The notes beneath the pieces were generated by a model. That model did no database searches, was not told the DNA's origin, and was given only the letters and a program-made list of their open reading frames with translations. From contig CM022667.1 in the NCBI GenBank assembly GCA_012295275.1, forward strand, positions 21,514,001 to 21,578,000: 64,000 nt of DNA. The letters are read 5' to 3'. The translations under genes were made by a program, and so were the position numbers. This DNA is from Chrysomallon squamiferum. Its lineage: Eukaryota; Animalia; Mollusca. Shown here piece after piece: positions 13,420-26,178 of this stretch (positions within the stretch are counted from its first letter, which is position 1; each line of letters starts with the position of its first letter).

Positions 13420-16400
13420 ACTAATAGTAGTAGTGGTGATGGTGACCGTAGTAGTTGTAATAGAAGTAGTGGTAGTGGTGGTGATAGTAGTAGTTGTAAT
13501 AGTAGTGGTGGTGGTGGTTACAGTAGTAGTTGTAATAGTGGTGGTGGTGGTGGTTACAGTAGTAGTTGTAATAGTGGTGGTGGTGGTGGTGACAGTAGTA
13601 GCTGTAATAGTAGTGGTGCTGGTGGTGACAGTAGTAGTTGTAATAGTAGTGGTGATGGTGACAGTAGTAGTTGTAATAGTAGTGGTGGTGATGGTGACAG
13701 TAGTAGTTGTAACAGTGGTGGTGGTGATGGTGACAGTAGTAGCTGTAATAGTAGTGGTGATGGTGACAGTAGCAGTTGTAATAGTAGTAGTGGTGATGGT
13801 GGTGACAGTAGCAGTTGTAATAGTAGTAGTGGTGATGGTGGTGACAGTAGTAGTTGTAATAGTAGTAGTAGTGGTGGTGGTGATAGTAGTAGTTGTAATA
13901 GTGGTGGTGGTGATAGTAGTAGTTGTAATAGTAGTGGTGGTGGTGGTGACAGTAGTAGTTGTAATAGTAGTGGTGATGCTGACAGTAGTAGTTGTAATAG
14001 TAGTGGTGGTGGTGGTGGTGGTGACAGTAGTAGTTGTAATAGTAGTGGTGGTGATGGTGACAGTAGTAGTTGTAATAGTAGTGGTGGTGGTGGTGACAGT
14101 AGTAGTTGTAATAGTAGTGGTGGTGATGGTGACAGTAGTAGTTGTAATAGAAGTGGTGGTGGTGACAGTAGCAGTTGTAATAGTAGTAGTGATGGTGGTG
14201 ACAGTAGTAGTTGTAATAGTGGTGGTGTGGTGGTGACAGTAGTAGTTGTAATAGTGGTGGTGGTGATGGTGACAGTAGTAGCTGTAATAGTAGTAGTGGT
14301 GGTGGTGGTGACAGTAGCAGTTGTAATAGTAGTAGTGGTGATGGTGGTGACAGTAGTAGTTGTAATAGTAGTGGTGGTGGTGGTGACAGTAGTAGTTGTA
14401 ATAGTAGTAGTGTTGGTGACAGTAGTAGTTATAATAGTAGTAGTAGTGGTGGTGGTGATAGTAGTAGTTGTAATAGTGGTGGTGGTGATAGTAGTAGTAA
14501 TTGTAATAGTAGTAGTGGTGGTGGTGGTGACAGTAGTAGTTGTAATAGTAGTGGTGGTGATGGTGACAGTAGTAGTTTGTAATAGTAGTGGTGGTGGTGG
14601 TGACAGTAGTAGTTGTAATAGTAGTGGTGGTGATGGTGACAGTAGTAGTTGTAATAGAAGTGGTGGTGGTGACAGTAGCAGTTGTAATAGTAGTAGTGGT
14701 GATGGTGGTGACAGTAGTAGTTGTAATAGTGGTGGTGGTGATGGTGACAGTAGTAGCTGTAATAGTAGTGGTGGTGGTGACAATAGCAGTTGTAATAGTA
14801 GTAGTGGTGGTGGTGACAGTAGCAGTTGTAATAGTAGTAGTGGTGATGGTGGTGACAGTAGTAGTTGTAATAGTAGTAGTGGTGGTGGTGGTGACAGTAG
14901 TAGTTGTAATAGTAGTAGTGTTGGTGACAGTAGTAGTTATAATAGTAGTAGTAGTGGTGGTGGTGATAGTAGTAGTTGTAATAGTGGTGGTGGTGATAGT
15001 AGTAATTGTAATAGTAGTAGTGGTGGTGGTGGTGACAGTAGTAGCTGTAATAGTAGTAGTGGTGGTGGTGGTGACAGTAGTAGCTGTAATAGTAGTGGTG
15101 GTGGTGGTGGTGACAGTAGTAGCTGTAATAGTGTAATAGTAGTAGTGGTGGTGGTGGTGGTGACAGTAGTAGTTGTAATAGTAGTAGTGGTGGTGGTGGT
15201 GGTGACAGTAGTAGTTGTAATAGTAGTTGTGGTGATGGTGACAGTAGTAGTTGTAATAGTAGTGGTGGTGGTGGTGACAGTAGTAGTTGTAATAGTAGTG
15301 GTGGTGATGGTGACAGTAGTAGTTGTAATAGAAGTGGTGGTGGTGATGGTGACAGTAGTAGTTGTAATAGTGGTGGTGGTGATGGTGACAGTAGTAGCTG
15401 TAATAGTAGTGGTGGTGGTGACAGTAGCAGTTGTAATAGTAGTGGTGGTGGTGGTGACAGTAGCAGTTGTAATAGTAGTAGTGGTGATGGTGGTGACAGT
15501 AGTAGTTGTAATAGTAGTGGTGGTGGTGGTGACAGTAGCAGTTGTAATAGTAGTAGTGGTGGTGGTGACAGTAGCAGTTGTAATAGTAGTAGTGGTGGTG
15601 GTGACAGTAGCAGTTGTAATAGTAGTAGTAGTGGTGATGGTGGTGACAGTAGTAGTTGTAATAGTAGTGGTGGTGGTGGTGACAGTAGCAGTTGTAAATA
15701 GTAGTAGTGGTGGTGGTGACAGTAGCAGTTGTAATAGTAGTAGTGGTGATGGTGGTGACAGTAGCAGTTGTAATAGTAGTAGTGGTGATGGTGGTGACAG
15801 TAGTAGTTGTAATAGTAGTAGTAGTGGTGGTGGTGATAGTAGTAGTTGTAATAGTGGTGGTGGTGATAGTAGTAGTTGTAATAATAGTAGTGGTGGTGGT
15901 GGTGACAGTAGTAGTTGTAATAGTAGTGGTGATGCTGACAGTAGTAGTTGTAATAGTAGTGGTGGTGGTGGTGGTGACAGTAGTAGTTGTAGTAGTAGTG
16001 GTGGTGATGGTGACAGTAGTAGTTGTAATAGTAGTGGTGGTGGTGGTGACAGTAGTAGTAATAATAGTAGTGGTGGTGATGGTGACAGTAGTAGTTGTAA
16101 TAGAAGTGGTGGTGGTGACAGTAGCAGTTGTAATAGTAGTAGTGGTGATGGTGGTGACAGTAGTAGTTGTAATAGTGGTGGTGGTGATGGTGACAGTAGT
16201 AGCTGTAATAGTAGTGGTGGTGGTGGTGACAGTAGCAGTTTAATAGTAGTAGTGGTGATGGTGGTGACAGTAGTAGTTGTAATAGTAGTGGTGGTGGTGG
16301 TGACAGTAGTAGTTGTAATAGTAGTAGTGTTGGTGACAGTAGTAGTTATAATAGTAGTAGTAGTAGTGGTGGTGGTGATAGTAGTAGTTGTAATAGTGGT

Positions 16401-19175
16401 GGTGGTGATAGTAGTAATTGTAATAGTAGTAGTGGTGGTGGTGGTGACAGTAGTAGTTGTAATAGTAGTGGTGGTGATGGTGACAGTAGTAGTTGTAATA
16501 GTAGTGGTGGTGGTGGTGACAGTAGTAGTTGTAATAGTAGTAGTGGTGGTGATGGTGACAGTAGTAGTTGTAATAGAAGTGGTGGTGGTGACAGTAGCAG
16601 TTGTAATAATAGTAGTAGTGGTGATGGTGGTGACAGTAGTAGTTGTAATAGTGGTGGTGGTGATGGTGACAGTAGTAGCTGTAATAGTAGTGGTGGTGGT
16701 GACAATAGCAGTTGTAATAGTAGTAGTGGTGGTGGTGACAGTAGCAGTTGTAATAGTAGTAGTGGTGATGGTGGTGACAGTAGTAGTAGTTGTAATAGTA
16801 GTGGTGGTGGTGGTGACAGTAGTAGTTGTAATAGTAGTAGTGTTGGTGACAGTAGTAGTTGTAATAGTAGTGGTGGTGGTGGTGACAGTAGTAGTTGTAA
16901 TAGTAGTAGTGTTGGTGACAGTAGTAGTTATAATAGTAGTAGTAGTGGTGGTGGTGATAGTAGTAGTTGTAATAGTGGTGGTGGTGATAGTAGTAATTGT
17001 AATAGTAGTAGTGGTGGTGGTGGTGACAGTAGTAGCTGTAATAGTAGTAGTGGTGGTGGTGGTGACAGTAGTAGCTGTAATAGTAGTGGTGGTGGTGGTG
17101 ACAGTAGTAGCTGTAATAGTAGTAGTGGTGGTGGTGGTGGTGACAGTAGTAGTTGTAATAGTAGTAGTGGTGGTGGTGGTGGTGACAGTAGTAGTTGTAA
17201 TAGTAGTGGTGGTGATGGTGACAGTAGTAGTTGTAATAGTAGTGGTGGTGGTGGTGACAGTAGTAGTTGTAATAGTAGTGGTGGTGATGGTGACAGTAGC
17301 AGTTGTAATAGTAGTGGTGGTGGTGGTGACAGTAGCAGTTGTAATAGTAGTAGTAGTGGTGATGGTGGTGACAGTAGTAGTTGTAATAGTAGTGGTGTGG
17401 TGGTGGTGACAGTAGCAGTTGTAATAGTAGTAGTGGTGGTGGTGACAGTAGTAGTTGTAATAGTAGTAGTGGTGGTGGTGACAGTAGCAGTTGTAATAGT
17501 AGTAGTGGTGATGGTGGTGACAGTAGTAGTTGTAATAGTAGTGGTGGTGGTGGTGACAGTAGCAGTTGTAATAGTAGTAGTGGTGGTGGTGACAGTAGCA
17601 GTTGTAATAATAGTAGTAGTGGTGATGGTGGTGACAGTAGTAGTTGTTGTGATAGTAGTGGTGGTGGTGGTGACAGTAGTAGTTGTAATAGTAGTAGTGA
17701 TGGTGACAGTAGTAGTTATAATAGTAGTAGTAGTAGTGGTGGTGGTGATAGTAGTAGTTGTAATAGTGGTGGTGGTGATAGTAGTAGTTGTAATAGTAGT
17801 AGTGGTGGTGGTGGTGACAGTAGAAGCTGTAATAGTAGTAGTGGTGGTGGTGGTGACAGTAGTAGCTGTAATAGTAGTAGTGGTGGTGGTGGTGACAGTA
17901 GTAGCTGTAATAGTAGTGGTGGTGATGGTGACAGTAGTAGTTGTAATAGTAGTGGTGGTGGTGGTGACAGTAGTAGTTGTAATAGTAGTGGTGGTGTTGG
18001 TGACAGTAGTAGTTGTAATAGAAGTGGTGGTGGTGGTGACAGTAGCAGTTGTAATAGTAGTAGTGGTGATGGTGGTGACAGTAGTAGTTGTAATAGTAGT
18101 GGTGGTGATGGTGACAGTAGTAGTTGTAATAGTGGTGGTGGTGATGGTGACAGTAGTAGCTGTAATAGTAGTGGTGGTGGTGACAGTAGCAGTTGTAATA
18201 GTAGTGGTGGTGGTGGTGACAGTAGCAGTTGTAATAGTAGTAGTGGTGATGGTGGTGACAGTAGTAGTTGTAATAGTAGTGGTGGTGGTGGTGACAGTAG
18301 CAGTTGTAATAGTAGTAGTGGTGGTGGTGACAGTAGCAGTTGTAATAGTAGTAGTGGTGATGGTGGTGACAGTAGTAGTTGTAATAGTAGTGGTGGTGGT
18401 GGTGACAGTAGTAGTTGTAATAGTAGTAGTGATGGTGACAGTAGTAGTTATAATAGTAGGAGTAGTGGTGGTGGTGATAGTAGTAGTTGTAATAGTGGTG
18501 GTGGTGATAGTAGTAGTTGTAATAGTAGTGGTGGTGGTGACAGTAGTAGTTGTAATTGTAGTAGTGGTTGTGGTGATAGTAGTAGTTGTAATAGTGGTGG
18601 TGGTGATAGTAGTAGTTGTAATAGTAGTGGTGGTGGTGGTGACAGTAGTAGTTGTAATAGTAGTGGTGGTGGTGGTGACAGTAGCAGTTGTAATAGTAGT
18701 AGTGGTGGTGATGGTGGTGACAGTAGTAGTTGTAATAGTGGTGGTGGTGACAGTAGTAGTTGTAATAGTAGTGGTGGTGGTGGTGACAGTAGTAGTTGTA
18801 ATAGTGGTGGTGGTGGTGGTGGTGACAGTAGTAGTTGTAATAGTGGTGGTGGTGACAGTAGTAGTTGTAATAGTAGTGGTGGTGGTGGTGACAGTAGTAG
18901 TTGTAATAGTAGTGGTGGTGGTGGTGACAGTAGTAGTTGTAATAGTAGTAGTAGTTGTGGTGGTGATAGTAGTAGTTGTAATAGTGGCGGTGGTGGTGGT
19001 GACAGTAGTAGTTGTAATAGTAGTGGTGGTGGTGGTGACAGTAGTAGTTGTAATAGTAGTAGTAGTTGTGGTGGTGACAGTAGTAGTTGTAATTGTAGTA
19101 GTGGTTGTGTGATAGTAGTAGTTGTAATAGTGGTGGTGGTGATAGTAGTAGTTGTAATAGTAGTGGTGGTGGTGT
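13420..19175. repeat. 5.7-kb minisatellite; unit ~30-39 bp, consensus GTGACAGTAGTAGTTGTAATAGTAGT(GGT)n
   Basis: Roughly 170 tandem units built from GTA/GTG triplets; the + strand is almost devoid of C; several frameshifts break the long ORFs. Confidence 0.97.
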
Positions 19176-20858
19176 AGATAATAGCAGTAATACTAGTATT
19201 TGAAACTACAGCTACAATAACAATAATGGTAACATTAAAATTATAGAACATCAGTAATAATAAACGTGATAGTTGTAGTGATAGTTGATATAGTAGGCGT
19301 GTATTTGTGCAGTAGTACTAAGAATAGTGTATAACAATAAACACGAAACGAAGGCAATAGTATGATCTGAAACTAGTAAAATGCTTATTCCGAAATATGT
19401 TACAACCGCGAGATACTTTATACTCGCAGCATCTTTTCAATACTAATTTCTTTGCACCAGGGTTTACTAATGTGACATCGGAATCAAAAAACAAAAATAT
19501 CTATCTTGATAAAGAATACACCAGAAATCCTTAAAAACATTATTTTTTATGACTATTTTAGGTATGGACACTAGTGACTATATAAGGTGTTTTATGAACT
19601 AGTATTCTTATATAAGGAGTCATTATTCATCCTGTAATTTTTCATATTAATCATCAATAAAAACTCTTTTGTTTAGATGAGTGATTATAACATTAATCCT
19701 GCAGCGTTTAATGTTAAACCACTGACAGGCTTCACGATTTAAAACAGTGTTTTCGTTCTTCAGTATGAACTGATTAATTAAACCAATAATATAAATTATG
19801 TGTTCGATAATTCAGTTCGCTCTTTCTTGCTTTGTTCTTTATAATTTATTATTATTGTTGCTGTTCTTCTCCTTCTTTGTTGTTTTTGTTGTGTTATCAA
19901 TATAAATCCAGTTAAAACATTTTACTTTTATTTCTGTTTTCCTCAACAAAATATATATATAGGGGAGACTACTTTGTTGACTTATGCTGTTAGAAGTTTG
20001 ACATGAGACTATTTAACGTTCTCGAATGAATTACTTTTGTATTGACATCTAACGATGATTATTCCTTAAACAAATTACATTTCACCTCCGCTCTGAGCAG
20101 TTTACCTACATCCTAATTTTTTAGTGACTAGCTGTTGTGTGGGCACACTAAATACAATTAATAAATCAACATTAACATCTTTGCTTCCGTATCAAAAGGG
20201 CTAATTCAAATAATATTTATATCAATTTCAGAAATGTTGTTGTACTTATTACTTTATTTGTTATTATTATTATTATTATTTAAATTTAAATAAAAATAAA
20301 AATAAACATCAACGCCTTGTGGCTTTATAAATATTCAAATCAATTCTTTCCTTTTTAAATTTTTAAAAATTATTTTTGTTTTCTTTCGTTGTAAATGCTT
20401 CAACAAAAACCTTTAAAAGTTTATAAAAAAAAGTTTACGAAATGAAGTGGAATATATTAGTCATCTCTAACCCGATTTATCATAAAAATATATAAATATA
20501 GGAATAAATAAATAACCAAATCAAAAAAGAAAAAGAAAGAAAAAAGAAAAGAAAATAATTACGTCTGAAGTAAGGCACACGACCGGGTTGTGACCTGGCA
20601 GATCGGCACTCTGTACTCAAGTTTTAATTTCTATTGTCAGTTTACGTTAATCTTTGAAATGTGTCGAAAAGACAAACTCTTCCAAGTGTTTTCAGCTTGC
20701 TTATTTAAACAGTGCTTCACAACCACGCAGCATTACCCATTGTTGTAGGATTAGTGGCAAGGCAGAGCCTTTCTTTTTCGACAGTAACAACGAAATTATG
20801 GGCTTCTTGGCTGGTCATAGGGTTACGCGTGCTCGCACGCACCTAACACACCCGACTT

Positions 20859-20953
20859 AGGTCATTGCTGAGGTCATATGACCCCAGCAGACGACAAAGT
20901 TTTAGGTCACAGAGAGGAGAAGGCCTGACCCGAACAGTCCCTTACTGAGGTCA
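20859..20953. promoter_or_regulatory. Cluster of nuclear-receptor half-sites (AGGTCA/TGACCY); putative hormone-response enhancer
   Basis: AGGTCA at 20859, 20871, 20904 and 20948; TGACCC at 20879 and 20926. That is six half-sites in 95 bp. Confidence 0.5.
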
Positions 20954-21916
20954 AGAGTACAGAAAAAAAAAATGGTCCTCAGAAGTTTTATAAAATATAT
21001 TGTTTTAATTTTTTAAATTAATATGACTTCTTCAAAGATTACCGGTACTGTTGTTATATATTGTTTGAAGTTTTGAAATTAATCTTCAAAGATTACTACT
21101 GTTAATAAAAGTATTATTATTGTGAGTAAATTATAGAGTGATTACAATAGATAAATTATAGATAAATTACAAGAGATAAAACAATGAGCCAAGAAGTGAC
21201 CATACAGTAATTGTGAACTGAACTTCTTTCTATCAAACAGAAAATAACTGAGAAAAGAAGAAGTGGTAAAGAAATGGACATACATTTCAAACATTTTAAA
21301 TTAATAATAGTTTATTTAAACGTTATATATATTTATACATACATACAAAATTAAAAATGTGTGTGTGTGATAACTTTTTATTCTAACTTTTTATTCATGC
21401 ACTTTAGTAACTAGAGCTATATCGCTTTATTATATGTACATTTGTTCAAAAAACATTTATAAAAAAAAAATGTCTTGAATACATAGAATTATTCTGTTAT
21501 ATTTGTATTTGAATATATCTATATACTTTTTATTACCATAGACACACACGCGTATTTTTGTTCAGTTATTGATAAATATACAGTTTAATTTTCATAAGTC
21601 TCCAATTTTGTATTTATTTATTTAATGTTATTATGGGTTTTTTCCTGACAGCTCTATTTTTAATTTACTCTGTCCTCTATTTCGGTACTTTGCGATTTCA
21701 TGTCGTTTTTAGCGTTTAGGTAACCAAATCAAGTGGGAGCAGTTTTATTTTACAAATACTTTAAAAACGTTAGAAGTTTTGTAAAGATGTGGCTGACTTC
21801 TTCTTGCTGTTACTAAATTTAGAATCAAAATTAAAATATATATTTAAAATAGTCTGTGAAATTTATACCTATGTTATCTCTAACTCTATAGTAATCTTTC
21901 AATTACAATATAAAAG

Positions 21917-21951
<35 letters not shown>

Positions 21952-22309
21952 TCGAAAAAAAAATGCACACAGATATAATGATTAGTATTATTAGAATGGC
22001 AGGTGGTGACCGCTTGACCGGAAGCGAGAGGACGAGTTACTTGAACTGGTATCACCTGGTTGCTGTCCACCTAACCACTGTCTGATAACAAACAGCAACA
22101 CGTGCCGGAGATGCATTACACGCACGTGTAATCAGGGTGCATCAAATATTTTGAAAATGGATATCGCGAGGCACACGTACCGGTCAAAGGTGATCCGGGC
22201 AAACTAGGACAATGTTTGGCTTTGGATGAAAACTTGTAGCGACAACTATTTTAAAAATTATAAAGATCAGAGATAAGAAAAAATAAATAAAAAGGAAGAA
22301 AAATATATA

Positions 22310-22314
<5 letters not shown>

Positions 22315-22378
<64 letters not shown>
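22315..22378. repeat. (GA)n microsatellite
   Basis: Pure run. Confidence 0.95.
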
Positions 22379-22379
<1 letters not shown>

Positions 22380-22729
22380 GAGCATTATTATTATTTTATA
22401 ATTGTTATAACGGTAGTGGTAGTCGAATTAAAAACGGTACTTGTACTGTTTAGAAAAACAATTTTAAACTTTAAAAAAAAATATATAAGTTTCAGTTCTA
22501 AATTCAAATTTTGATTGTATGACACATCTCAAGTATATTAGTTTAAGCCCTGAGTATTCCATAGATAGACTGAGCAGGTAAAAATTCTCATCCGTTAGAA
22601 GTATCTTGTTATCAACTGATATAAGTTAGTTTATGGTTTCCACGTTTCAGTTTTAAAAATATGACAATATAATTGATTTTACAGACATTCTAAAATTTCC
22701 TCACAAATCAAACACAATTAACCTAACCC

Positions 22730-23240
22730 TTCTGCCGAATGGTCCTGCGGGTTGGTCGTGATTGGCTGTGACCACTGGTCAGTTCAAATGTTAGCGGAAG
22801 GCGCGTGTAGTTGTATTCGATAGCCTATTTATGAATTCAAAATCATCACCATTAATTTAGGTTCATGCACACATTCACTGTAACCCGCAGGTGACGTTGT
22901 CCGCTTGGTTGACCTCGACGCAGAAACCGCTGGACAATCGCCTGGTCAGCCCAGACCACTGAAAATGGCCTTGTTGACATAAACAGATGGGCGGATCGCC
23001 ATAAAGGGACGGACTGATGTTTGACCCCGGCATTACCCGCGGACAATGTCCAGAGTAGGTTACAGTATTTAGAAAATGACCAGGTTTATGTCCGGCGCGT
23101 GGCAACATTGTCGACGACTTCTTTTCTGGTGTTATTGATCACTCAAGGCGAAGTGGACATCTTTGATGTTAGCGTGGACAGCTGGACCATGCAGAACCCA
23201 CATTATTGCCAAGTGAACACAAACAAAGCATAAACTCGAG
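22730..23240. promoter_or_regulatory. GC/CpG-rich island; putative promoter or enhancer
   Basis: Locally elevated GC and CpG; CCAAT box on the - strand (GATTGGCT ~22760); ETS-like GCGGAAG ~22794; no recognisable protein in the small ORFs. Confidence 0.35.
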
Positions 23241-23389
23241 TGCCCTAAATTTGAAAAGAACAAAAATTACGTCAAAGAAGTTAGATATATTCAGAAAATT
23301 AAGTAAAATGTTCATAATATACCAACTAATAACTTAATTATGACATACGTATTAGCACAAGCAAATCATTAAGTACATTATATAGGTTT

Positions 23390-23391
<2 letters not shown>

Positions 23392-23438
<47 letters not shown>
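23392..23438. repeat. (CT)n microsatellite
   Basis: Pure run. Confidence 0.95.
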
Positions 23439-23441
<3 letters not shown>

Positions 23442-24133
23442 AACGGTAAAATATAAGAAGAAATAATTAATACAATTTTATCATGTTGTATATTACAGAT
23501 AAAATAATAATTTTCTTCATGTTTATAGTTTGTTGTTTTGTCCCTCAGAAGCTCCGACTTGAAAGAAGGAAAATCCTCGATTCTAGCCATTTATATTTTT
23601 TAAACAAATCTTTATATAAATAACAAACAAAACAAAAAACAAAATCGTCAATTTCGGCATGATGCATTTGCCTCATTTGCCACAATGTAGTAACGGCTAT
23701 GAATAATAATTTTCCACCGAAACGGATGTCAAATATATGTACTCGTCTTTGTTCTTATTTTTACGTGCCTCAGTCTGATCAGGGTTTTTGCCACTCGGTA
23801 TTCTTATGAAAGTAGCTATATTAAACACACACAACAGAAATAATAATACAAAATAAAAGTATTATTATTAACACACACACAAACACACACAAACACACAC
23901 CCACAGATACATATACATTTACAAAAATACACACAAACATGCATACATGAATAATGTCTCTGTGTATTCATATATTACTCCATGAGAGTATAAACATTTT
24001 ATTCACAAAAATCTTTAGCTATTCAGACTTGTATAATGGTAAAATAAAACGAAAATTTTTGTTATTATAAATATCAGTTTTATCATTCTTATATTTTTTA
24101 AACAACTTTTTTTTTAATCTTTTTGTTATTATA

Positions 24134-24168
<35 letters not shown>

Positions 24169-25479
24169 ATAATCTTTGTCTTCTTTTTATTTATTTTTTC
24201 TTCTAAATACTTTTTTTCTTTACTCTCGCAATATAATTTATATTTACTTTTTCTTTCATTTACAGTTATGTATTATCTACATTTGACACCAATAACAAAT
24301 TTGGAATTAAAAACTAAATAAAAAATAAAAAGCAAAAAGCAAAGAAGAAAATAGATTCAATATTTTTCTGTATCGAATATAAGGGGGTGATCATAATTAT
24401 TTACACAAAAGTGTTATGGAACGGGATTTACTCATTTCATATTTTGTGTGCACGAATTTAACTTCCACTGTAATTCACAATGGAAGTATGTGTTTTCACT
24501 ATCCTGATATTTTAATGTTAGATATGTATTTACATTATTGTATAAAATAAATAAATAAACAAACAAAATCGTGTAATGAGAATTTAAATGAGTTTTACAA
24601 TTTTTTATTTACTCGGCACCAACATTATAATAACATCCATTTGACATCAGTTATCTTGCCATTTATGTTATTAATTGTAGACATAGGATGAATAAAAATA
24701 AATATTTTCATTACTTAATGAATTGTGTTGTGAACCTTTTACTTGCAATTTACAGTGAATAGTGTGAACTTCAGGTCGCCTGGGTGAGTCACCTAAGAGA
24801 AATTCAAAGCTGATTATGCCATTGAATTGGGAAAAACACACACACACACACAAACTCAATATGATGATGATGATGGTGATGGCAATAATATAAATTTTTG
24901 ATATGTTTGACACAAGTTATTCAACTCAGCTAACAGCCGTTGTGGACTGTCGGGTAGATTCTAGTAAGTTGGATATAGTTACATTCTTCGTCAGCAGTTA
25001 ATGCATCAATAACTAACTGCAAATACTGCAATGAACAAATAATTAAAAAAAAAGTTTTAATTTATTTTTCAGTAATATATATATATATTGCAATAAATAA
25101 AAATACACGACAATCTTTATGATATTTTCTCGTGTCAGTAAAGTTTGCTTCCGTAATTCTAAAATAATTGCGCATTATTGTTGAATTAATTCCGTGATCA
25201 CCCTAAATCTTTTAATAAGCATTTTGAATAAAAAATTCTTAAGTTGATAATAATAAACATAGTAACAGAAAATCGGTCTTTTTCGTCATTCCAAATAACA
25301 GTCGTGAGTCGAACTGTCGCAGACACAATGTGCTTTCAAGTGAGCATTGTTAATATGAATATTCATTAGCACCTTTAAAGCGATGTTTCCCCCCCCCCCC
25401 CGTAAAAAAATAAATAAATAAATAAATAAATAAACAACCTTGGTAAACTTAGCGTAACCTGAACAAGGTTTATATTATT

Positions 25480-25580
25480 CACGCGAACCAATCGATGGAC
25501 TTCCGTAAAATTATTCTTCGTACGTCTTCGGAAATGAGAATGGGGGGATTCCCCACTGAGGAAAACTTGTTATTCAGTGA
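25480..25580 (+). promoter_or_regulatory. Proximal promoter of the kinase gene, with an NF-kB site
   Basis: GGGGATTCCCC at 25544-25554; ETS-like ACTTCCG (~25499) and CGGAAAT (~25529); Inr-like TCAGT ~25574; the first donor CAG|GTAAGA follows at 25615/25616. Confidence 0.65.
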
Positions 25581-25615
25581 CTACTTCAGAGATACTTTAT
25601 AGTGTAGATCAGCAG
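25575..25615 (+). other. Putative non-coding first exon (5' UTR) of the kinase gene; start approximate
   Basis: Strong donor CAG|GTAAGA at 25616; acceptor ...cacttag at 25983, just before ATG 25994. Confidence 0.6.
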
Positions 25616-25993
25616 GTAAGAAAATATAATTAATTAGATATATTGACATGAAATAATATATATAACCTGGAAAACAATTTAATTTACTAAATCAAACACA
25701 GTTTATTCATTTAAATATACTATTTTCAGCTAAATTTTAATTAATCTGAAGTGTTCTTATCTCAGTATCTGTGTATATAAATAATACTAATTATTAATAT
25801 TAATATACATACATACATACATATTATTAATAATATATATATATATATAATACTAATACTAATTATTATTATTAATATACATACATACATACATACATAT
25901 ATGTACACTCTCTCTCGTAATTGTATGATAAGACAGTATACATTTTTTTTTTTTAACTTTATTTTTTGATGTTTTACACTTAGAAAAAACCCA

Positions 25994-26178
25994 ATGGCGA
26001 CGGCAAAGCAAGAGGGAACAATGTCTGGTGAAATTCCTAAAATATCTTCAAAAGATATTACATATGATGAAACACCGATTGGACGAGGAGGATATGGTTA
26101 TGTGTATCGTGGGACACACCCTCAGCTGGGCACTGTTGCTATTAAAACAATGATCACTGAAGGATTACTGCCAGCTCG
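25994..26178 (+). CDS. Kinase coding exon 1 (Gly-loop, VAIK)
   Basis: MATAK...IGRGGYGYVYRGTHPQLGTVAIK; donor CG|GTAAGT. Confidence 0.92.

Noticed and set aside
13409-19112. Poly-Val ORFs of 275-1060 aa as genes
   Set aside because: They are products of a triplet-based satellite lacking stops in several frames; there are frameshifts, no domain and no splice context.
22852-23233. Three overlapping small ORFs as a protein-coding gene
   Set aside because: No recognisable motif and no consistent splice partners; retained only as an unexplained GC-rich island.
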